Shown: positions 37,358-46,297, numbered from the stretch's first letter. The stretch is 64,000 nt of DNA from an uncultured Porphyromonadaceae bacterium (GCA_947176755.1 CAMWRW010000002.1:3773-67772), one strand, 5' to 3'. A program made the numbers and translations. Notes: a model not told the origin generated them from the sequence alone.

Positions 37358-40300
37358 TTATTTGATTTGGAGTTTGTAGGTCCGGTTATCGACGCGCAGG
37401 ATGCAGAGGCCTGACGGCAGAGGAATGGTGGTTGTTCCGACTTCGCAGCCCATGGCGCGAAGTTGCAACCCGTCGGTAGAATAGGCTTCAACTCGTGCCG
37501 GCGAGGATAGTTCGATAGTCGCGCAGCGTTCGCCGGCGGTAATCCGGAGACCTTGATCCTCGATGGCCGGCTCTATAGAGCTGCCTAGCAATTCGACATT
37601 AATTCGTTCAGAAGGGTAGGAGAGATAGAAGTCAGACGGGTCGCCGTTGTAGTAACGACGTGAGGCAACTTCATATCCCAGTTTGAGGTCGTCGAACTTA
37701 ATCTGACGGTCGAAACGCATTGAGCGTAAGGAGACGTCGCTGATATTGATGGCGTTAGTGACGATGTCGACCCGGTCGCCGGCTTTCAAATCCTGTTCAA
37801 TCCTGATATAGTCAATCATGAACGGGCGTCCGAATCCGCTCCAGATGGTTAGTTTTTCGCTATCTCCGCAATTCTGCAACTCGCATTCGAGATCTTTCCA
37901 TCCCGTGCCGTTCCATGCGGAGGCAATGTAAGTGGCGCTTGAATTTCCCTGTATCTGAATTGCATCGCCATCCTCAAACCAGGCGCGTAGAATCAGGCGG
38001 CATTTGCCTCCGTTGTTCGATAGGTCGATAGAGGGCGTGATAAGTCCTCCGACTTGGTATCCATCCTTTGCGGGAAGACCTCCGACCGCTCCGTTGGCAA
38101 ATGAATATGATGTCGCGGTCCATCCCGGAAGGCGCGTGTATTCGTCAAGAGAGAAAGTGCCGGTAGTGTATGCGCCGGTTTCGGGGTTCTCCGGAGTGCC
38201 GGAAGATTGGATGTGTCCGAAGTCCTCTTCAATAATCACTGCATTATGAATATCCTCGCGGGCCTCGAATGTCCGGTAAAGCATGAGGTCGAACGAATCG
38301 GCCTTCGGACCGCATTCCCAGTTGGCTGTAAAGGAATTTTCGCTGACATCGGTGGCATCGAACGCGACGGGCGTCTGAGCATAAAAGGCCATCACCGCCT
38401 CGCTCGGCTCGGAAACATAACTCGTGTTGGCCGCTTTTACGTGGTACCAGTAGTCGGTGTCAGGATCCATTGCCTCGTCCTCAACACGGCAGGAGGACGT
38501 GTTGCCTCCTTCGACTTCACGGTCTTCCCAGACGTAGTTCAGCAATTCAGGTCCCGGCACGTCATATTCCACATTATCAATCATCACGAGCACACGATCT
38601 TCAGAAGATTTCTGGAGCTCAAATCTTACGGCGTAGATATTGTCGTAAAGATTCAGATGGTCGGTGACATCGACGTCGGCCGTTCCGCCGGCTCCGACAA
38701 GATATGTCATCGACTGCATCAGCCAGGGCATCCAGCCGGAATCAGTGAGAGCTCCGACATTGAGCACAGCCGAGGTCATAGCGTTTCCGTTAAGGGAGTT
38801 GTCCGCACCGAGATGGAAGGAGAGACGCGAGATGCCGCGTGAGTTGACAGGACTCTGAATATAATCCCCCGTTCCGTCAAGACATACACTTAATCCTGAC
38901 GCCGAGAAGGCCGTATCCTCGTTGAGCTCCCGATCGCTTCCCGATGCACTCAGATTATATTCCCACCCTGTGGGGAACGTGGAGATATGTCCGTTGCCAT
39001 CGACGGTGAGCGATTCGAAATCTTCCACGATGTTCTCAACTTCTCCGTCACTCTCTTTCGTAAACACGCTGAGCAGATATTTGTCTGCAGTGTCGGTGGT
39101 TTCCCAGTTGGCAGTGAAGCCGTCGTCACCAAGATCAGTGGCCTGACCTGATTTGGGAGGTTCGATGCCGACAATACGGTGTTCAATCTTTATGTCATCG
39201 AGTTGATAGCTGAGTTCTCCGGCGGAAAAGAACTGGATGCAGGTGTCGTGAAACCATCCGTTGTCGGCCTCAAAGGTGAATGTCTGCCATTCAGGAGTGA
39301 GAGTGAATGTCTGGCGTTTATAGTCCACAATGGCGCTCCGGCGTATGAGAAGAACCTCAATGCCCGTCACATCCTCCGTGTTATGACCGGGGATAAGTCG
39401 GGCGCGGAAGGTCATTCGCAGATTTCCTGAATAGTCGCCTGTCGGGGTGTTGAGGAATCCGCCGATCACAGCCAGAGACCCGCCGGAGGGGTAGAGGTTC
39501 ATGCCTCCCCACGCATTTGTGGCGTCGGGATTATACGGACGGAATCGCGACGGGTCGATGAAATATCCGTTTTCCAAGAGAAGGGATGTGAACAGGTCCG
39601 GTTCATCTTCCGTTCCTTCAGGAAATCCGCTGAAGTCCTCGTTTACAATCGATATCCAACCCGTTTCCTGAGTTGATCCCGACATAAGGATGTCGACAAC
39701 CGAATTTTTATAAATCCGGAACTCACATTTTCCGTCGGTAATTTCCTGATCTATATTATCGACCACAACGCGTGAAAGGGTTCCGTCTCCCATTGCGCTC
39801 GCATGCAGCATGTCGTTGCCCGTGAAGTCAAATGCGAGTCGGTTTGTGCCGTCAGATAGAAGTATGGAATTTCCCGAGTCATCCTTTAGATCGAGGAATG
39901 TAGCATCGTTAACGTTGATTGTAAGATTGTTGCTCTGGTAACGCTCTGTGACTATATAGAGATTGGTCAGCGAGGCGTCGGGATTGATATTGACGGTATA
40001 TGTCCCGTCGGCATCAGGCTGGATAATCGTCGGGTCAGCAACGATTAATATATTGGCCCCGGGACGCGCTGTAACTTTCAGCGGCGATTCAGTCTCCGGG
40101 TCCACTGCCACATAGTTGTCGCCTGCCTCCAGAGAGAGCACTTTCCCTATAGCCGTCGTCACGGCCGCGTTGGTCGGATCGTCGATGTTGATAACTACAT
40201 TTCCTTTCGGCGCCTCCTTGGCTGTCACGTTGACAGTCACGTCGGAGGTCAGGAAGAAGACCCACTGATTGCCTCCTCCCATCACCTCCATAAAAGGAGT

Positions 40301-40783
40301 GGTGGTGACCGACGTTATGATATAGCCCGGACGCGGAGAAATTCCGACCGCCTCGTTCTGCTTGATAGCCGTAGTGCCGTGAGGATCAAGAGTCACGCTT
40401 CCCGCCACCGACGTGAAAGAATCAAGATCTCCGGTGAAGGAAACATTGTAAGTCTCGATTTCGCCGCGAGTGTAGACAGAGATCGACGAACCCTCTCCGA
40501 CATCTATCGTAACGGCCTCCTCTCCGGGCCAGGCGAAGTGTCCGTCATAGACAAGTTCAGTGAAGGCGCATCCCTCGCGAGGGGTCAGAGTCAAGGGCGA
40601 GTCGGAATCTTCAAGCGTAATGTAGTTGGCGCCGGTCGAGAGAGGCAGTAGCTTCCCTCCGGCCGTTGACACGTCCACGTGTTCGTTGTTTTCGAGATAT
40701 ATGTACATCTCGAAGGCCCATGCCGGAAGGGCTCCCATGAGAAGCGCCAGCATTGTAAAGACCATTAAAAATTTTCGTTTCAT
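37358..40783 (-). CDS. Large secreted multidomain protein (three beta-sandwich/FN3-like module sets) with T9SS-type C-terminal domain (protein D)
   Basis: Track ORF 37358..40810, trimmed to MKRKFLMVFTMLALLMGALPAWA because 40808-40815 is the -7 box. Module ends recur (LDDIKIEH, MIDNVEYD, IDYIRIEQ), as do FTANWE FN3-like starts. The end reads IPLPSGLCILRVDNRTYKLQIK. Confidence 0.7.
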   Translation of the reverse strand: MKRKFLMVFTMLALLMGALPAWAFEMYIYLENNEHVDVSTAGGKLLPLSTGANYITLEDSDSPLTLTPREGCAFTELVYDGHFAWPGEEAVTIDVGEGSSISVYTRGEIETYNVSFTGDLDSFTSVAGSVTLDPHGTTAIKQNEAVGISPRPGYIITSVTTTPFMEVMGGGNQWVFFLTSDVTVNVTAKEAPKGNVVINIDDPTNAAVTTAIGKVLSLEAGDNYVAVDPETESPLKVTARPGANILIVADPTIIQPDADGTYTVNINPDASLTNLYIVTERYQSNNLTINVNDATFLDLKDDSGNSILLSDGTNRLAFDFTGNDMLHASAMGDGTLSRVVVDNIDQEITDGKCEFRIYKNSVVDILMSGSTQETGWISIVNEDFSGFPEGTEDEPDLFTSLLLENGYFIDPSRFRPYNPDATNAWGGMNLYPSGGSLAVIGGFLNTPTGDYSGNLRMTFRARLIPGHNTEDVTGIEVLLIRRSAIVDYKRQTFTLTPEWQTFTFEADNGWFHDTCIQFFSAGELSYQLDDIKIEHRIVGIEPPKSGQATDLGDDGFTANWETTDTADKYLLSVFTKESDGEVENIVEDFESLTVDGNGHISTFPTGWEYNLSASGSDRELNEDTAFSASGLSVCLDGTGDYIQSPVNSRGISRLSFHLGADNSLNGNAMTSAVLNVGALTDSGWMPWLMQSMTYLVGAGGTADVDVTDHLNLYDNIYAVRFELQKSSEDRVLVMIDNVEYDVPGPELLNYVWEDREVEGGNTSSCRVEDEAMDPDTDYWYHVKAANTSYVSEPSEAVMAFYAQTPVAFDATDVSENSFTANWECGPKADSFDLMLYRTFEAREDIHNAVIIEEDFGHIQSSGTPENPETGAYTTGTFSLDEYTRLPGWTATSYSFANGAVGGLPAKDGYQVGGLITPSIDLSNNGGKCRLILRAWFEDGDAIQIQGNSSATYIASAWNGTGWKDLECELQNCGDSEKLTIWSGFGRPFMIDYIRIEQDLKAGDRVDIVTNAINISDVSLRSMRFDRQIKFDDLKLGYEVASRRYYNGDPSDFYLSYPSERINVELLGSSIEPAIEDQGLRITAGERCATIELSSPARVEAYSTDGLQLRAMGCEVGTTTIPLPSGLCILRVDNRTYKLQIK

Positions 40784-40807
40784 ATTATCAGGATATTGTT
40801 CCAATTG

Positions 40808-40815
40808 CAAATATA
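40808..40815 (-). promoter_or_regulatory. -7 box TATATTTG for protein D
   Basis: The reverse complement of 40808-40815 is TATATTTG, 24 nt upstream of the ATG at 40783. Confidence 0.5.
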
Positions 40816-40873
40816 AGATATTATTCCAAGATAATCAATCGGATTCACGATTTCCTTATATATTGAAATTCTG

Positions 40874-40905
40874 TTTGCTAAAATTGATTTATTTTACTAA
40901 TTTTG
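40874..40905 (+). promoter_or_regulatory. Consensus promoter TTTG-N20-TAATTTTG for gldE
   Basis: 40874-40877 is TTTG, the spacer is 20 nt, and 40898-40905 is TAATTTTG. It overlaps the track start at 40903, which argues for a later start codon. Confidence 0.6.
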
Positions 40906-40929
40906 CGCCTAAACAAATCATTTAAAAAT

Positions 40930-42264
40930 TTGGATACCGACCCTTTACCGGCTATTACTTTCCATGCTCCTCAGGAGTGGGCCACATGGTGGTTCATTGT
41001 CTTCATAGCCATTCTTTGCCTCTGTGTTTCCGCCTTCGTTTCCGGCAGTGAAATAGCCTATTTCGGTCTTTCGCGACAGGATGTCGAGAACCTTGAGGAG
41101 GATGATGATTCTCCCAAAGCAAAGTCCGCTCTCAATCTGCTTCGCGACCCCGAACGCCTCCTCGCAACAATACTAATCACCAATAATCTCGTAAACATTA
41201 CGATGGTTGTGTTGCTCACTTTTGCCATCAATCAGGCGGTGAGCTTCCATTCCTCAGTCGTTAACTTTCTTGTGCAGACGGTCTTTATGACTTTCCTGCT
41301 CCTTTTGTGCGGCGAGATTTTTCCAAAACTTGTGGCGCGTGGGCGTGCATTGCAATGGGTGAAAGCTGCCTCGGGAGGCGTCAATTTCCTATACCGTTTC
41401 TTTAGCCCGCTTGCCCGGCTTATGGTGAAGTCGACTGCCCTCGTGAATCGTGTGGTCACCAAGCGTGAAGAGAATATCTCTACGGATGAACTGGAGAAGG
41501 CTCTTGAAATATCCGATGTCAAGGAGGGCCGCGACAAGGAAATGCTCGAAGGAATCCTATCGTTCGGCGAACGCGATGCACGCGAAATCATGATTCCGCG
41601 AGTCGATGTGACCCACATTGAATTTCACGCCTCATGGGAAGATGTGATGAAGGTTATCCTCGATTCGGGCTATTCCCGCATCCCGGTCTATGACACAACC
41701 CACGATTCAATCCGCGGAGTTCTCTACGGTAAGGACCTCCTTCCTTATATCGGGAAAACTGAGCGTCCTCGCTGGCAATCCCTGATCCGGGAGGCTTACT
41801 TCGTGCCTGAATCAAGAATGCTCGACGACCTGCTTGAAGATTTCCGCCGCCGTAAGATTCATATTGCCATCGTAATTGATGAATATGGCGGAAACCAGGG
41901 TATTGTCACCCTCGAGGACATAATCGAGGAGATTGTCGGTGAAATCGACGATGAATATGATGAAGTCGACACCATGTATCGTAAAACCGGACCCGATACG
42001 TACGTTATTGAGGCGAAGATGCCCCTTGTTGACTTCTGTCGCGTAATAGGAATAGATGACGAGGAACTCGGCGATGTCGGCGATGCAGAAACGCTCGCGG
42101 GATTGCTTCTTGAAATAAAAGGAGATTTCCCGACTCTTAAAGAGACGCTTTCTCGGGGCCGGATTGAATTTACTGTCCTTGGCATGGAGCGTCATCGCAT
42201 TACGAAAGTGAAAGTCCACCTTCTTTCAAGCCCTGCTGAAGAGAAGGAAAAATCTGAAGATTGA
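40930..42264 (+). CDS. gldE: GldE / CNNM-type membrane protein (DUF21 + CBS pair + CorC_HlyC domains)
   Basis: Track ORF 40903..42264. Start moved to the TTG at 40930 (MDTDPLP...), downstream of the promoter. TM domain, CBS pair (IMIPRVDV...IPVYD) and a C-terminal transporter-associated domain. Confidence 0.8.
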   Translation: MDTDPLPAITFHAPQEWATWWFIVFIAILCLCVSAFVSGSEIAYFGLSRQDVENLEEDDDSPKAKSALNLLRDPERLLATILITNNLVNITMVVLLTFAINQAVSFHSSVVNFLVQTVFMTFLLLLCGEIFPKLVARGRALQWVKAASGGVNFLYRFFSPLARLMVKSTALVNRVVTKREENISTDELEKALEISDVKEGRDKEMLEGILSFGERDAREIMIPRVDVTHIEFHASWEDVMKVILDSGYSRIPVYDTTHDSIRGVLYGKDLLPYIGKTERPRWQSLIREAYFVPESRMLDDLLEDFRRRKIHIAIVIDEYGGNQGIVTLEDIIEEIVGEIDDEYDEVDTMYRKTGPDTYVIEAKMPLVDFCRVIGIDDEELGDVGDAETLAGLLLEIKGDFPTLKETLSRGRIEFTVLGMERHRITKVKVHLLSSPAEEKEKSED

Positions 42265-42265
42265 T

Positions 42266-42970
42266 ATGGAGCTTATCTACTGGCGTCACCCGACTCTGCC
42301 CGGCATAAAGGTTGAGGAAGTATCAGGAGGGGAGAGCCTCCCTGAAAAAGTATGGCTTGATATGGCACGGCAGGTCTATTGCGAGAATGGCGTCGACGCA
42401 TACCGAGAAATCGGTCATTTCCATAGCGGGGCCCCTTTCCTTTATGGATATGCCGGCCGCATTTCCATTAGCCATACCGAGGGACTCTTCGCAGTGGCAA
42501 CCCTGCCGGCAACCCCGGAAGTCGAACTCGGCGTTTTCTCAGAGCGTGCTGCTCTCGGAATTGATGTCGAGCGCGCCGACCGAGAACAGGTTGTGAAGAT
42601 TCTCGATCGTTTCATGGCGGAAGAAGAAAAGCCCCTCGTCGATTCTTCAGACGTGGAGCTTTGTGTGAGAGCGTGGACCTCAAAGGAAGCCGTCTATAAA
42701 GCAATGCTTTCTCCGGGACTTGATTTCCGCAGAGATATCCGAATTATCCGGATGCCACGGCCCGCCCCTGTTGTCCCTGTTTTCGATCCGAAAGAATTTA
42801 ATCTTCCGGATCAGTCTGACAGTTGGCGGTCGTTGTTGGGCGAGGCGCAGGTCAGTCTTCCCGACGGAACAAATCAGTCTTTTCTTCTTTTCAGTTATCG
42901 AAGTGATGACTTTGTCGTGACGCTGGCATACGCTGCCCGCTGCGCTAAGTTCGGCAAATCAGGCTTATAG
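42266..42970 (+). CDS. 4'-phosphopantetheinyl transferase superfamily protein
   Basis: 234 aa. GIDVERADRE and WTSKEAVYKA are the PPTase motifs. Confidence 0.75.
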   Translation: MELIYWRHPTLPGIKVEEVSGGESLPEKVWLDMARQVYCENGVDAYREIGHFHSGAPFLYGYAGRISISHTEGLFAVATLPATPEVELGVFSERAALGIDVERADREQVVKILDRFMAEEEKPLVDSSDVELCVRAWTSKEAVYKAMLSPGLDFRRDIRIIRMPRPAPVVPVFDPKEFNLPDQSDSWRSLLGEAQVSLPDGTNQSFLLFSYRSDDFVVTLAYAARCAKFGKSGL

Positions 42971-43066
42971 AAGCTGCAGAAGAATGATGCTCAAGCCGAT
43001 TCCATAAATGGTGATCAATCCGGCTTTCCGGCGGATGGTGGCAAGAATGTTTTTTGCGAAGTTCAT
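42965..43066 (-). CDS. Candidate 33-aa small hydrophobic peptide (MNFAKNILATIRRKAGLITIYGIGLSIILLQLL)
   Basis: Hand-translated, since it is below the track size cutoff. ATG at 43064-43066 and TAA at 42965-42967. A TACTTTTG -7 box (reverse complement of 43105-43112) lies 38 nt upstream. Basic N-terminus followed by one TM-length segment. Confidence 0.3.
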   Translation of the reverse strand: MNFAKNILATIRRKAGLITIYGIGLSIILLQLL

Positions 43067-43252
43067 GTCTTTTGGGTTTTTATGGTTAGTATTGGTTGAC
43101 GATACAAAAGTAGAGGCTGATGCTGCAAGCCAATGACACTGAATTGCAAATAAGTGTTAATAGATATAAAAAGTAATTATTAGGAGACTCTGCTTCTCCA
43201 ATCCGATATAGACTATATTACTCCTGATTACTAATTTAAAATTTGCAACCTT

Positions 43253-43441
43253 ATGATTGATCTGGGAACGATAATTCGCGGACGAAGACAAGAACTTCGT
43301 CTCACTCAGCAGGCCCTCGCCGATATGTCGGGTGTAAGTGTAAGGGTCATAAAGCAAATAGAAACGTCCGGCGGGAATCCCTCCCTCCGGACGATTGTGA
43401 AGCTTCTTCAGTCGCTTGGCCTGCAATTGAAGATTGGCTAA
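43253..43441 (+). CDS. XRE-family helix-turn-helix protein (HipB/antitoxin-like), solitary
   Basis: 62 aa. IRGRRQELRLTQQALADMSGVSVRVIKQIETSGGNPSLRTIVKLLQSLG is a Cro/C1-type HTH. Confidence 0.8.
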   Translation: MIDLGTIIRGRRQELRLTQQALADMSGVSVRVIKQIETSGGNPSLRTIVKLLQSLGLQLKIG

Positions 43442-44943
43442 TAGTAGATAAAAGTCGGCTTTGATTCTCGGTTCATACGGTCGAGCACAGTAACGGCGTA
43501 GGTCATACCTCGTTCCGATTCGACGCGCACACGCGTGAAAGGAGTCAGCGAGACGATGGTCTGCGGATCATTGATGTCCTGTTCCTCCCCGGGAAAGAAT
43601 TCATAGACCACATAACGGACCGCGTCCGTCTCATGATCACGGGATGATTTTTTGTGAGGCGCTTCCCATTCGAGGAATGTGCCTTCGGAATCTGTCTCTA
43701 TTTTGAGGTCGCGAACGCCTTCCGGCACTATCTTCCGGTCGCCGTAGGCCGGTGGTAATGCTATTGTGCTCTGATACTTCATCGCCAATGAGTCCGCTGC
43801 GCCTTTGTAGTTTCCCGTAACCCAATAGCCGTGCCACCAGACGTTTCCTTGCACGTTAGGAAGCCGGCGGGAGATTTTCACCTTCGTATCCAGTTCGTTG
43901 CGGTCATGGTTGCCGGGATCGGCGGAATCCATCGTGCGTTTCACGTCCTGACCGATATAAACCTGGGCCCCGTTCGCGTTGTCGTTCCACCATTGGGCGA
44001 GCGTCCGGCTTGGGGCGGCTTTCGTGTCGAGACTCCAGTAGAGTTGGGGTGCAAGATAGTCAACCCATCCGTTCTTTGCCCAGAGAATAACGTCGGCGTA
44101 CAGGTCGTCGTAATTCTGCAGACCGCTCGATTCCGAACCCCTCGGATCGCTCTTCTTGTTGCGCCAGATACCGAACGGGCTGATGCCGAATCTGACCCAG
44201 GGCTTGCGCTCTTTGATGGTCGAATGCAGCTGCTCGATTAGAAGATCGACGTTGTGGCGTCGCCAATCGGCTCTTGGCTTCCCGTTCCCGAATTTCTTGT
44301 AACTCGCGTCGTCGGGAATTGACTTCCCCGGAGCAGGATAAGGATAAAAATAGTCGTCGATATGGATGGCGTCAACATCATATCGGTCGAGTATGTCGCT
44401 GACTACTTCGCAGATGAAATCGCGGTTCTCCTGGTAAGCCGGGTCAAAGAGAATTTGCCCGTTGTAGCGGAAGAAGCGGTGAGGTTCCTTGTTGAATGCG
44501 TGGTTCGCGGGGAGCACCTCGGCTGATGTCGAAGTTACGCGATATGGATTCAGCCACGCGTGGAATTCCATTCCCCTTTTGTGAGCCTCTTCAATTGCAT
44601 ATTCCATCGGGTCCCACATTGGCGAGGGTGCCTTTCCGCGTTTCCCGGTCAGCCACTGGCTCCAGGGTTCAAGGTCGGATTTATAGACTGCGTCCGCCGT
44701 GGGTCGAACCTGAAAAATCACTGCGTTTACTCCGGCATCCTGTAGCTTGTCGAATTGTTCGCGGATATAAGCTTTCGCCTGTTCGGTTGATTTATTCTGC
44801 CATTGCGACTGTCCTATCACATGAAGCCACGCTCCCCGGAATTCCCTCTTGGGATTCTGGGCCATAGCTTCAGGATTCACCCCCGGTTGAAGCAGGGTCG
44901 CGATGGCAAGTGCCGTCGTGCAAATTATATTTCTAATCTTCAT
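43438..44943 (-). CDS. Glycoside hydrolase-like family 10 (GHL10/DUF187, YngK-like) secreted protein
   Basis: 501 aa with a signal peptide, then REFRGAWLHVIGQSQW...MEFHAWLNPYR...IHIDDYFYP, typical of the family. Confidence 0.75.
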   Translation of the reverse strand: MKIRNIICTTALAIATLLQPGVNPEAMAQNPKREFRGAWLHVIGQSQWQNKSTEQAKAYIREQFDKLQDAGVNAVIFQVRPTADAVYKSDLEPWSQWLTGKRGKAPSPMWDPMEYAIEEAHKRGMEFHAWLNPYRVTSTSAEVLPANHAFNKEPHRFFRYNGQILFDPAYQENRDFICEVVSDILDRYDVDAIHIDDYFYPYPAPGKSIPDDASYKKFGNGKPRADWRRHNVDLLIEQLHSTIKERKPWVRFGISPFGIWRNKKSDPRGSESSGLQNYDDLYADVILWAKNGWVDYLAPQLYWSLDTKAAPSRTLAQWWNDNANGAQVYIGQDVKRTMDSADPGNHDRNELDTKVKISRRLPNVQGNVWWHGYWVTGNYKGAADSLAMKYQSTIALPPAYGDRKIVPEGVRDLKIETDSEGTFLEWEAPHKKSSRDHETDAVRYVVYEFFPGEEQDINDPQTIVSLTPFTRVRVESERGMTYAVTVLDRMNRESKPTFIYY

Positions 44944-45109
44944 AAGTATGTGTACGAAATTATTTATCGTATCGGATTATGAAGTATGTGGATGAAATTT
45001 TGGATTCGGCTGAAGGCGTTATGGGGTTCCATAGCAACTGAAGCCGGATTCTAAAGTTCGCCTCAGAATTTATGAGGCGATGCATTAAATAATTTCGAAC
45101 ACATACTTA
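44943..45109. mobile_element. 167 bp MITE-like element, copy 1 (24 bp terminal inverted repeats, TA flanks)
   Basis: Runs TAAGTATGTGTACGAAATTATTTA...TAAATAATTTCGAACACATACTTA. It differs from the 59767-59933 copy at 4 positions and has no coding capacity. Confidence 0.85.
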
Positions 45110-45899
45110 ATTCTTTTTGCTTGCTCTCGATTCCTATTCCAAAGAGGGCGTAATCGTAAATCACTGGATCATCCGGACGGAATTTGCGGAGGGTTTCCGT
45201 CAGCTGGTTGACAGCCTTCCGATCGTTGCTTTTTCTTGTCAGGAGCCCGAGATTGCGGGCCGTGTTGCCGACATGGACGTCAAGCGGGATGTAGAGTTTC
45301 GACTTGGGTATTGATTCCCATACTCCCATATCGACGATCCCGTCATCACGAACAAGCCAGCGCAACGCCATGTTGATGCGCTTCAAGGCTGACGTCTTTA
45401 GATTTGAGGAGAAACATTGCGGACAGGATATCCCTTTGTTCTCCTCCATTGCCGTGCGGAGTAGCCCGTCGGTGAAGGCCCATGCCGGGGCCTCATCATT
45501 CCCGACCCCTAATGAGGCGCAGAAGGCATCAAGCGAGGGGTAGGTTGAGTAGATTTTTCTCAACCCTCTGAGCAACCATTGGAAATGGCGCCCGAAGAAA
45601 GTGCGGTGAAGATTCAGATTCGGGTCAAGGTCCTCATATCCCTTGTCGATTACATAATCGTAAGGGGTATTATCCATCAGATTCAGAATCTTCTCCGCAT
45701 CCCGACATATCATTTTTCGGTTTCCCCAAGCGATTATGGCAGAGATAAGCGCAGTTATCTCGATGTCCCGCACATCCGTGAAACGTCTGGGAAACTGCAC
45801 GGGGTCGTCGGCAATGAAGGCCGGGTTATTGATACGCGAAGCCTCGCGGTCAAGGAATTCCTTCATGTCGCGAAACTCTGCTTCCGGAAATGCTGTCAT
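45063..45899 (-). CDS. TIGR02757/DUF2400 family protein whose last ~15 codons and stop lie inside the MITE
   Basis: 278 aa. FIADDPVQFPRRF...AIIAWGNRKMI...YIPLDVHVGNTARNLGLL is the family pattern as I recall it. The C-terminal ...KELSMCSKLFNASPHKF is encoded by 45063-45109 of the repeat. Confidence 0.7.
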   Translation of the reverse strand: MTAFPEAEFRDMKEFLDREASRINNPAFIADDPVQFPRRFTDVRDIEITALISAIIAWGNRKMICRDAEKILNLMDNTPYDYVIDKGYEDLDPNLNLHRTFFGRHFQWLLRGLRKIYSTYPSLDAFCASLGVGNDEAPAWAFTDGLLRTAMEENKGISCPQCFSSNLKTSALKRINMALRWLVRDDGIVDMGVWESIPKSKLYIPLDVHVGNTARNLGLLTRKSNDRKAVNQLTETLRKFRPDDPVIYDYALFGIGIESKQKELSMCSKLFNASPHKF

Positions 45900-46249
45900 T
45901 TGTGTGGATGCTTGTCAAGTTCGCGTGCAACGTCCGGACGGACCGTTCTTACTGTGGAGACAAAGGCTGAATCAAAGGCGGCGGCTGCGTGCGGTTTGCC
46001 GGCCATAGTAAAAGTGCTTTGCTTTGCCCTTGCTTCAAGAAGTCGTTCCTGCAGTTCAGTCGTATCTTTCCATTTCGATTGCACGAACACCCTGGCGGCC
46101 TCGCGTCCCTGCATGATGGCCGCCTCAATGTCGGCCTGGACTTCATCGCCTCTGTTTTCCGTTTTTGTGCTGCAACCTGTCGCTACAGGTAATAGAAAGA
46201 TAGCGGCCGCTGTTGCGGCCACTATCCTTGAAATCATATTGAATTGCAT
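45896..46249 (-). CDS. Hypothetical lipoprotein
   Basis: 117 aa with lipobox LLPVATGC. It overlaps the downstream gene by 4 nt. No recognisable motif. Confidence 0.55.
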   Translation of the reverse strand: MQFNMISRIVAATAAAIFLLPVATGCSTKTENRGDEVQADIEAAIMQGREAARVFVQSKWKDTTELQERLLEARAKQSTFTMAGKPHAAAAFDSAFVSTVRTVRPDVARELDKHPHK

Positions 46250-46297
46250 ATTGTTATTTATCTGTTAATGTCTCTCCAACATTTTGTCGGAGGGTCT

